The position numbers and the translations under genes are program-made. DNA of 38,334 nt from the NCBI GenBank assembly GCA_045629885.1, contig JAZQSB010000047.1, positions 1 to 38,334 of the forward strand, in the 5' to 3' direction. The DNA is from Eubacteriales bacterium. Its GTDB lineage: Bacteria > Bacillota > Clostridia > Oscillospirales > JAAYXM01. Under the pieces are notes generated by a model. It made no database searches, was not told the DNA's origin, and saw only the letters and a program-made list of their open reading frames with translations. This document shows, one piece after another, positions 30,278-38,334 of this stretch (position 1 is the stretch's first letter; each line of letters begins with the position of its first letter).

Positions 30278-30768
30278 TTGTAAAAACCTTCTTTACTTAT
30301 GGTTATGATGCGTGAATTTTCGTCGTTCTCAACACGCTGGATATCGATGCGGTGCGAAAAAGCAACTTCATCCCCTGCGTTTTCAGACCACTCTATCATA
30401 CAGATGCCGCCGCGCAAAAGGTAATCGTCAAAGCCTATTTCAAAAAGCTCGTCTGCGCTTTCAAGACGGTAAAGGTCAAAGTGAAACAGCGGAGGCGTTG
30501 TAAGGTATTCGTTCACTATTGTATATGTAGGGCTTGTAACCCTTCCCTTCTCCCCGAGACCACGAGCAAAGCCGCGGACAAACGCAGTTTTTCCCGCACC
30601 CATTTCACCGCGGAAGGCAACCACTGCACCACGCTTTAGCTCACGCGCGAGAAATTCACCTGCGTTTTCTGTCTGTGTTTCGCTGCGGCACAAAAACTTT
30701 ATAGCGGTATCGTTTTTTTCAAGAACGGAAAATTTTCCGTTGTTTACATATTCGTATAAATTGTTCAT
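30274..30768 (-). CDS. tsaE: tRNA t6A37 biosynthesis ATPase TsaE (YjeE)
   Basis: 164 aa. Walker A GEMGAGKTAFVRG, SPTYTIVNEY, and HFDLYRL. 4-nt overlaps on both sides. Confidence 0.88.
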   Translation of the reverse strand: MNNLYEYVNNGKFSVLEKNDTAIKFLCRSETQTENAGEFLARELKRGAVVAFRGEMGAGKTAFVRGFARGLGEKGRVTSPTYTIVNEYLTTPPLFHFDLYRLESADELFEIGFDDYLLRGGICMIEWSENAGDEVAFSHRIDIQRVENDENSRIITISKEGFYK

Positions 30769-31286
30769 TCTTCTCTTTCCTCGTCAAGCGTTGCAAAAAA
30801 TGTTTCGAGATAAACTTTATGAACTGCGGTGATAATGGTGTTGCGCAGCATATTTTTTAGCTCGGTATTTCTGTTTTTTGTTCCGCTCATTTCAGGAACT
30901 GCGCGTCTTTCAAAAACACAGCGCAGAATGTTTTCGAACTCATGGCAGAAATATTCGTAAGCAACTTCTGCAGTATAGCTTTTTGTCTGAAGAGATATAA
31001 AAAGCTGGATGTTTTCAAGGCTGAGCACCGATTTTGCAACAGCTATAAATATGAGGTATGCAATCTGCTCGCGGTCATACTGCTTTTTGACAGGGTTTTT
31101 TATAAGTTTCCGCTTAACATAGTTGCTTATCATTGAGCTTGTTATTGTTATCCCCTCAAGAGGAGCCAGAATATTTGAAATGTATTTTGTCGTCTGCTCT
31201 AAAAACAGACCCACATCCGGGATTTCGCTAAATCCGGGCAGACGCAAGTTCTCGATTTTTGAAAGCATTTTATCCTTTTGTTCCAT
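30765..31286 (-). CDS. DUF1836 (YkrK-like) putative DNA-binding protein
   Basis: 173 aa. LFLEQTTKYI...ITSSMISNYVKRKLIKNPVKKQYDREQIAYLIFI matches my memory of the DUF1836 core. Confidence 0.65.
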   Translation of the reverse strand: MEQKDKMLSKIENLRLPGFSEIPDVGLFLEQTTKYISNILAPLEGITITSSMISNYVKRKLIKNPVKKQYDREQIAYLIFIAVAKSVLSLENIQLFISLQTKSYTAEVAYEYFCHEFENILRCVFERRAVPEMSGTKNRNTELKNMLRNTIITAVHKVYLETFFATLDEEREE

Positions 31287-31315
31287 ATCCTTACACCAGC
31301 TTCTCTTATGTCATA

Positions 31316-31975
31316 TTATTTCACCGTCAGGTCCGGCTCTATCATTATCTGTTTTTTATAGCGGTGGTAATACGCAGATACAAGCTCAAGCTCCTCACCG
31401 GTGAAGCGTTGTTTTGCAAGGCGGTAAGCCGCAACGCGTTCCTCACGCGTTAATCCCCCTGAGATAAGCCCTGAAAGATACTTTATGTCTGCAGCTGAAA
31501 GATGTGAGGTGACAAGCTGCGCCATGGCTCGTTTGTCTTCGCGGGTTATGGAGTCCGATATCTTTTGCGTCATTTTATCAACGGCTTCTACCCTTTTCTC
31601 TTGTGCAGGCTTGTTTTCGTTTTTTGTTTCCTGCTTGACCTCATTTTTTGCCGGCTGCTTCTGCTCCTGTTTTACGGCTTGTTTTGTCTCATCATTTCCC
31701 AAGGGAGAGATATTCTCCTGTGCCTGCGTTGCGGGAGTATCGTTCCCGTGAGGATCCGATGTATCAGAGGAATCCTCGTCAGAAAGCGTTACCTCTGCCA
31801 TCAGTTCAAGCTCTTCTACGGAGACATCTCCCGAATCAAGCATAGAGTTAAGCATTGTTTCAATCATCTTATCCTGAACAAAATTAAATGCAACGTTGTA
31901 TGCAATATATCCTGCAGCACATAGGAAAACCGCGATGCAAAGGAGGATTATAACAACCTTTTTCCATTTTTTCAT
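31316..31975 (-). CDS. Hypothetical single-pass membrane protein with acidic/low-complexity linker
   Basis: 219 aa. N-terminal TM helix VVIILLCIAVFLCAAGYIAY, an Asp/Ser/Glu/Lys/Gln-rich middle, and a C-terminal ~80 aa helical region. Confidence 0.65.
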   Translation of the reverse strand: MKKWKKVVIILLCIAVFLCAAGYIAYNVAFNFVQDKMIETMLNSMLDSGDVSVEELELMAEVTLSDEDSSDTSDPHGNDTPATQAQENISPLGNDETKQAVKQEQKQPAKNEVKQETKNENKPAQEKRVEAVDKMTQKISDSITREDKRAMAQLVTSHLSAADIKYLSGLISGGLTREERVAAYRLAKQRFTGEELELVSAYYHRYKKQIMIEPDLTVK

Positions 31976-31993
31976 AATGATATACTCCTTAAT

Positions 31994-34198
31994 TTACAGA
32001 TTAATAACATTTACTTCTCTGTCATTTTCAAAGAAAGCTGCTTCGCGCTCATGGCACGAGAACAAGATTATCTGACGCTTTTTTGAAAGCTCTTTCAATA
32101 GCACAAGCGCACGAGACAGGCGTTCGTCATCAAAGTTTACAAATGCATCATCAAGCACTATCGGCGGGGAACTCTCTTCCGGAAGAATAAGCTCACACAG
32201 CGCAAGACGCAGTGAGAAATACAATTCATCAAGCGTGCCGCGAGAGAGGAAAAGTCCGTCACGTCGCGCACTTGCAATCCCCGTTGCAACATCCATATCA
32301 AAATCACGGTTGCGAATTCTTACAACCTCAAAGCTTCCGCCTGTTAGTGAGCAAAATATCTCTGCTGTACGCTTTTCAACCTCAGGTGAGAAGCGCTCGG
32401 AAAGCTCGGTTTCGGCTTCGCCGAGATATTTAATTGCAAGTGAAAAGGCATCAAACGAACGTGTAAGGTTTTTTTCTTTTCCCCGCATAACGTCAAGCTC
32501 GCTTTCTGCACGCGAGATATCAAAACCGAAAAGACGCTCGCGTAGTGCCGCAAGAGTAAGCTCAAGATTTTTTCTTACAGTAGCCTTTTCTTCTGCTGCA
32601 GATATAAGCTCTGCAAGAGAAAGCGCGGGGATTTCAGCTTCTGTATATTCTATCGTGTCATCGCTGTCCGGATGTGCGGAAGTTATCGCTTCCGCGCGTA
32701 TGCGTGCCTCACGCAAGGCGGTGCAAGCAGTTTCGCGCTCTTCTGCCATTGCTTTCATAATATTTCCGCCCTCGTCAGCAGACGTGGCGTTTATTCCGAA
32801 GCGCAGAAGCATTTCCGTCACAGCCTTTTGCGAAAATTCAAGTTTTCCTGAAAGTTCACTCTGTGCTTCGCGCTTTTCCGTTACTTGACCTAGCGCATCA
32901 TCCACGCGAGAAAGCGCGGTGCTGTAGGCTATCAGGGCTTGCTCTATTGTTTCGCTGTCTGCGCCGCCGTAACGGGAGATCATTTCATTGATGCATTCCC
33001 GCAGCTCACGCTTTCCGGCAGTAAGGATAAGTATACATCCGACCACTGCAAAGCAGAAGGAGGAAACAGCTCCGGCTGCTGAGACAGGAATATTCCCTGA
33101 GCGGCACATTGCAAAAGAACCGCCTGCAAGAAGAAACGCCGCACAAATCGAGAGAATACCTGCAGGAGAGAGCTTGCGCCTTCTGGATTTTTCAAGCCGC
33201 TCTGTATCTGTCGCGGCACGCTCACGTGCAAGCGCAAGGTTCATACCGCCGAATGCGTGGCTTCCGGAAATTTCTTTAAGAGCATTTTCGTATTCCAGCT
33301 GGTCGGTTTCAAGTGAAGCTTTTATCGCCTGTGCTGAAAGGTAGAGGCGATTAAGAGTTGCCACATCCGCAGAAAACAGTTCATAATCTGCTTTTGTGGG
33401 GTAATTATCGTATTTCCTAATTTTTTCCTCTGCTTCGCGCAGCTCTTCCTGCGCGCGGAGTGAGATAAGGCGTGCGCCTTTTTTCTCTTCCGCACGGGCA
33501 ATTTCTATGGAGCGGAGAAGCTTTTTCTCTTCGCTTGTATACACCGCAAGGCTTTCTTCTGTCTGTGCAAGCTCATCCGCCGTGCTTTTGGCATATTCTA
33601 TATCAGCTGTCTTTTTTGTTATTTCTTTTTCAAGGTCGCAGAGTGTACCGAGACCGCGCGGTGATCGTATGAGTCTCTGGCTCTTTTCTAAACGCAAAAT
33701 AACCTCCCGGGCAGAAACGGTTTCCTCTCCGCTTGATGCAAGCGAAAGAATTTTCTTTTCGGTGTCTGCATCGCGGTCAACGTTAAGCTTCGCCTGACCG
33801 ATGAATGCGCAGCGGTCATACACACCACGGGCGATACCGCAAAGCTCTTCTCCCGTGGGGGCACTTCCGCCCCTGGAGAGATTTTTTGCTTCAACCTTTG
33901 AAAAAACACCGCTTTTTCCGCTTGTGCGCTCGATGGAGATTTCATCGCCGCCCGAGAGCAGCGTGCATTTTCCGTACATCGGGTTTCCGTTCCACGGAAG
34001 ATATCTTTCCTTGTCGGGTATGTATCCTGACTTCGCTTTTTCGCGGGTAGATATTCCGTAAAGCATAGCGCGGATAAACGCACCCCAGGTGGATTTTCCC
34101 GCCTCGTTGCGCCCGTGAACGATATTAAGACCGTCTTTCAGTGAAAGCTGTCTGTTGTCAAGCGACCCGAACGTCGCATACAGTTCTTTTATCCGCAT
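31994..34198 (-). CDS. YhaN/SbcC/Rad50-like AAA ATPase with central membrane hairpin
   Basis: 734 aa. N-terminal Walker A HGRNEAGKSTW, long charged helical arms, two hydrophobic helices at residues ~345-395, and a C-terminal signature-like LSRGTLDELYFSLRLAL with Walker B PIVLDDAF. Confidence 0.8.
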   Translation of the reverse strand: MRIKELYATFGSLDNRQLSLKDGLNIVHGRNEAGKSTWGAFIRAMLYGISTREKAKSGYIPDKERYLPWNGNPMYGKCTLLSGGDEISIERTSGKSGVFSKVEAKNLSRGGSAPTGEELCGIARGVYDRCAFIGQAKLNVDRDADTEKKILSLASSGEETVSAREVILRLEKSQRLIRSPRGLGTLCDLEKEITKKTADIEYAKSTADELAQTEESLAVYTSEEKKLLRSIEIARAEEKKGARLISLRAQEELREAEEKIRKYDNYPTKADYELFSADVATLNRLYLSAQAIKASLETDQLEYENALKEISGSHAFGGMNLALARERAATDTERLEKSRRRKLSPAGILSICAAFLLAGGSFAMCRSGNIPVSAAGAVSSFCFAVVGCILILTAGKRELRECINEMISRYGGADSETIEQALIAYSTALSRVDDALGQVTEKREAQSELSGKLEFSQKAVTEMLLRFGINATSADEGGNIMKAMAEERETACTALREARIRAEAITSAHPDSDDTIEYTEAEIPALSLAELISAAEEKATVRKNLELTLAALRERLFGFDISRAESELDVMRGKEKNLTRSFDAFSLAIKYLGEAETELSERFSPEVEKRTAEIFCSLTGGSFEVVRIRNRDFDMDVATGIASARRDGLFLSRGTLDELYFSLRLALCELILPEESSPPIVLDDAFVNFDDERLSRALVLLKELSKKRQIILFSCHEREAAFFENDREVNVINL

Positions 34199-34304
34199 AA
34201 TATTTTCCTTGTTGAGTTTTTACTTTTTTCTCTCTGGCTGTGATGGCATCTGAAAACTTCAATAGCTTGCCCCGGAAGGGGGAAGCGGTCTTCTTTAAAA
34301 ATGG

Positions 34305-35426
34305 TTACTTTTCTGTTTTTCCCTGCGATGCCATCTGTGTGAGATATGCATTTATAAAGCCGTCGATATCGCCGTCCATAACCGCGCCGATGTTTCCGTT
34401 TTCAAATCCGGTGCGGTGATCCTTTGCAAGAGTGTACGGCATAAAGACGTATGAACGGATCTGGCTTCCCCATTCAATAAGCTTCTGTTCGCCCTTAATA
34501 TCCTCAATCTTCTCCAAGTTTTCGCGCTCTTTTATCTCGATAAGCTTTGATTTAAGCATACGCATTGCAACCTCACGGTTTTGGTGCTGGCTACGCTCGT
34601 TCTGGCACGCAACGACAATCCCGGTCGGGATATGCGTGATGCGGATTGCAGATTCCGTCTTGTTGACGTGCTGACCGCCTGCACCCGATGCGCGGTAGGT
34701 ATCAACCTTAAGGTCTTCTGTGCGAACTTCAACCTCAACATCGTCTGTGATTTCGGGCATAACCTCAAGTGCGGCAAACGATGTGTGGCGGCGGCCGGAC
34801 GAGTCAAACGGAGATATGCGCACAAGGCGGTGAACGCCCATTTCACTTTTTAGGTAGCCATAAGCATTCTCACCCTCGATAAGTATACTTGCGCTTTTAA
34901 GGCCTGCCTCATCGCCGTCGATATAGTCTAATATTTTATAAGTATAGCCGTGGCGCTCTGCCCAGTGGGTGTACATACGGTAAAGCATTTCTGCCCAGTC
35001 CTGCGCCTCGGTGCCGCCTGCTCCTGCCTGGAAGCTCATAATGGCGTTGTTTGCATCGTAGTCACCGGAAAGAAGTGTTTCGATTCTTGCATCGGCAAGC
35101 GCTTTTTCAAGAGAGGCAAGAAGCTCGCCGACTTCTTCTGCAGCTTCCTCGTCCTCTGCCTCTTCTGCAAGTTCAAACAGCGCACGGATATCCGCAAGGT
35201 CGGAAACAAAGCCGTCAAACTTTGCAAGCTTTTCCTTTATGCGGGAAATTCTTTTCAGAACAACTTGCGAGTTTTCAAGGTCGCTCCAGAAGCTCTCCGC
35301 TTCTGTCTGCTTTTCAAGGTCAGAGAGCTCATTTTTTATTCCGTCAATATCAAGTGCGCGCGAAAGCTCTTCAATCGGCGCGTCAAGTGCATTTATGCGA
35401 AGCTTGTATTCGTCAAGTATCAGCAT
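34305..35426 (-). CDS. prfB: Peptide chain release factor 2, encoded without the programmed +1 frameshift
   Basis: ORF 34305..35474. I start at ATG 35426 after AAGGAGA. SPF motif (ISPFDSSGRRHTSF) and GGQ motif (RASGAGGQHVNKTESA). Codons 25-26 read CTT GAT in frame. Confidence 0.92.
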   Translation of the reverse strand: MLILDEYKLRINALDAPIEELSRALDIDGIKNELSDLEKQTEAESFWSDLENSQVVLKRISRIKEKLAKFDGFVSDLADIRALFELAEEAEDEEAAEEVGELLASLEKALADARIETLLSGDYDANNAIMSFQAGAGGTEAQDWAEMLYRMYTHWAERHGYTYKILDYIDGDEAGLKSASILIEGENAYGYLKSEMGVHRLVRISPFDSSGRRHTSFAALEVMPEITDDVEVEVRTEDLKVDTYRASGAGGQHVNKTESAIRITHIPTGIVVACQNERSQHQNREVAMRMLKSKLIEIKERENLEKIEDIKGEQKLIEWGSQIRSYVFMPYTLAKDHRTGFENGNIGAVMDGDIDGFINAYLTQMASQGKTEK

Positions 35427-35464
35427 GGTGTGGCAATTCTCCTTTTTGCATTCATACATAATAT

Positions 35465-35493
35465 ATTCTATCATATATAATATGAAACGTCAA
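35465..35493 (-). promoter_or_regulatory. SigA-type promoter for prfB
   Basis: Minus strand: TTGACG (plus coordinates 35488-35493), a 17-nt spacer, then TAGAAT (35465-35470), about 40 nt upstream of the ATG. Confidence 0.55.
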
Positions 35494-35655
35494 TTTTTAA
35501 AATTGAATATTTTCTGTATGCAACTTATATTTGCTGTGTCGCTCCGGAGTTTTGCCGCATAACAGCTCTCGAGAAAATGGAAACACGTAAAAACCTGTTT
35601 TTGCATAAAATTTGTCGTAACCGGCACTGTTTTGATGCCGACTGCATATGTAAAA

Positions 35656-35682
35656 TTAACAAACCGACGCCTCGAGTGCTAA
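35656..35682. promoter_or_regulatory. Degenerate CIRCE-like element (left arm 6/9, right arm 9/9)
   Basis: TTAACAAAC-N9-GAGTGCTAA versus consensus TTAGCACTC-N9-GAGTGCTAA. Confidence 0.25.
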
Positions 35683-35796
35683 AACCGAACCATTTTTTGG
35701 AGCAACCGAAAAAAAGTAAAAGTTCAAAATTAACTGCAAATTTCGCGCAAATTCACCATTTTTGTTAAAAAATTATTACATTTTACAAAAAACATA

Positions 35797-35824
35797 TTGA
35801 CATATCGAAAAAAAGGAGTAAAAT
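35797..35824 (+). promoter_or_regulatory. SigA-type promoter of the hrcA-grpE-dnaK operon
   Basis: TTGACA (35797-35802), a 16-nt spacer, then TAAAAT (35819-35824), immediately followed by CIRCE. Confidence 0.65.
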
Positions 35825-35828
35825 AAGA

Positions 35829-35855
35829 TTAGCACTCGGCAAGAGAGAGTGCTAA
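35829..35855. promoter_or_regulatory. CIRCE: CIRCE operator (HrcA binding site), perfect consensus
   Basis: TTAGCACTC-ggcaagaga-GAGTGCTAA read directly, sited between the promoter and hrcA. Confidence 0.95.
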
Positions 35856-35884
35856 AATATAAACAGACAGTGAGGTGACAGTGC

Positions 35885-36937
35885 TTGAGCCTTAGTGACA
35901 GAAAAAGGCGTATATTAAAAGCCATTATAGATGAGTACATTGAAAACGCCGAGCCTGTCGGCTCTAAGATAATTGCGGCGAGAGGAAGACTTGACGTTTC
36001 CCCTGCCACGATACGCAACGAGATGAGTGAGCTTGAAGAACTGGGGTATCTTGAACAGCCGCACATTTCGGCGGGAAGAGTTCCCTCTACGGCGGGTTAT
36101 CGCCTTTATGTAAATGAGCTTATGCAACCGCAGCAGATAAGCGTTAGCGAGGCAGAGGCGATAAATCGCGCGTTGGGAAGCCGCATGCGTGAGCTTGAAA
36201 AGATGCTTCGTGAATTCGGATGTCTGGTCTCTCAGCTTACGAACTACACAACCTACACGCTTACAACGCATGCATCAAGCGAAACGGTGAAGAAGTTTGA
36301 CGTGTTCCTTATTGAACCGAGAACAGCAATTGCCGTTGTGGTTACAAGCTCCGGCATTTTAAAGAACAAGCGCATAAAGCTTGCCTATCCGCCGTCTGAA
36401 AATGAGGTTTTCATCGCTACGCGTATACTAAATATGTATTTTACCGACAGAACACTTGATGAGATTTCTCTTTCTCTTATAAAGCGCGCCGCAGCAGAAG
36501 CCGGAGAGCTTGCTTCCCTTGTTACTGATGCTGCAGAGTTTGCCGGAGAGGTTCTGGACGAAACGCGCGAGGGTGATGTTTATCTTGACGGAATATCGCG
36601 TATTCTCAACCATCCCGAATACCGAGATCCGGAAAAAGCTCAGGAGCTTCTTACTTACCTTACCGACAAGCAGGGTATTATCCGCCACGCTCAGGAGCAT
36701 TTTTCAGACGATGCCCTTCCCGGTCAGATTCGCTATTCGATAGGTACGGAAAACAACGATTTGCCCCTTAAAGATGCAGGAATTGTATACGGAACGTATG
36801 ATTTAGGTAAAAATTTACAAGGTGTTATCGGTATTGTTGGTCCACGGCGTATGGATTACGCCAAGGTTGCCGCAAACCTTAACTATTTTATAAACGGCTT
36901 TAACAAGCTTCTGAAGGATTCATTCTTCACCGAATAG
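35885..36937 (+). CDS. hrcA: Heat-inducible transcription repressor HrcA
   Basis: 350 aa, TTG start after GAGGTG. MSLSDRKRRILKAIIDEYIENAEPVGSK and SPATIRNEMSELEELGYLEQPHISAGRVPS. Confidence 0.93.
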   Translation: MSLSDRKRRILKAIIDEYIENAEPVGSKIIAARGRLDVSPATIRNEMSELEELGYLEQPHISAGRVPSTAGYRLYVNELMQPQQISVSEAEAINRALGSRMRELEKMLREFGCLVSQLTNYTTYTLTTHASSETVKKFDVFLIEPRTAIAVVVTSSGILKNKRIKLAYPPSENEVFIATRILNMYFTDRTLDEISLSLIKRAAAEAGELASLVTDAAEFAGEVLDETREGDVYLDGISRILNHPEYRDPEKAQELLTYLTDKQGIIRHAQEHFSDDALPGQIRYSIGTENNDLPLKDAGIVYGTYDLGKNLQGVIGIVGPRRMDYAKVAANLNYFINGFNKLLKDSFFTE

Positions 36938-36952
36938 GAGGTAAACAGATAA

Positions 36953-38334
<1,382 letters not shown>

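Noticed and set aside
32235-32888. 217-aa plus-strand ORF inside the YhaN-like ATPase gene (also 32988..33344, 33507..33797, 33801..34061)
   Set aside because: Ser/Arg/Ala-rich antisense translation, typical of the reverse frame of a Glu/Leu/Ala-rich coiled-coil gene. It has no start context, and the minus-strand ORF carries Walker A and B motifs.
33700-33715. CCCGGG core checked as a possible Noc-binding site (NBS, ATTTCCCGGGAAAT)
   Set aside because: The flanks (acctCCCGGGcaga) do not match the NBS arms, and the site lies inside a coding region.
35427-35474. N-terminal extensions offered by the ORF track: prfB from 35474, gyrB from 6474, nifS from 1464, soj from 16618
   Set aside because: In each case an internal ATG with a proper Shine-Dalgarno restores the conserved family N-terminus. 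The extensions run through promoters, a repeat, or the end of the upstream gene.
35577-35768. 63-aa Cys-containing ORF (METRKNLFLHKICRNRHCFDADCIC...) in the prfB-hrcA spacer
   Set aside because: No Shine-Dalgarno upstream, no recognisable fold motif, and an AT-rich spacer context. I kept it only as part of the unexplained-spacer finding.

Overview
This window is the chromosomal replication-origin neighbourhood of a low/moderate-GC Firmicute, Clostridia-like by gene content and order. Leftward from the origin on the minus strand: dnaA, dnaN, recF, remB-like (DUF370), gyrB, gyrA, rnhA, nifS, nifU. Rightward on the plus strand: rpmH, rnpA, yidD, yidC, jag. Next come an inverted rsmG plus a MATE efflux gene, and a Noc-like parB paralog bracketed by two perfect palindromic parS sites. 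These are followed by soj, spo0J, a membrane coiled-coil ORF and serS. The distal half is more mixed. It holds a Gfo/Idh/MocA oxidoreductase, an MBOAT + DHHW acyltransferase pair with a lipoprotein and a divergent secreted protein, and an orphan MsmK/MalK-type ABC ATPase. A tight minus-strand array follows: YhaN-like ATPase, membrane protein, DUF1836, tsaE, tsaB, rpiB, LysR, Mrp/NBP35. The window ends with prfB and the CIRCE-controlled hrcA-grpE-dnaK operon (dnaK truncated by the window edge). I found no CRISPR array, tRNA/rRNA gene, transposase, integrase or recognisable defence island, so most of the window is housekeeping. The leads I consider most worth a second look are: (1) the MsmK-like ATPase, whose Walker B Asp-Glu reads Val-Ala; (2) the Rad50/YhaN-like ATPase with a central membrane hairpin and no nuclease partner; (3) a 6-copy heptanucleotide repeat just upstream of the gyrB ribosome-binding site; (4) the parS / promoter / palindrome layout around the noc-like gene and soj; (5) the MBOAT-DHHW envelope module and its structured upstream spacer. 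All functional calls come from reading translated motifs and from memory of family consensus sequences. No database search was run.
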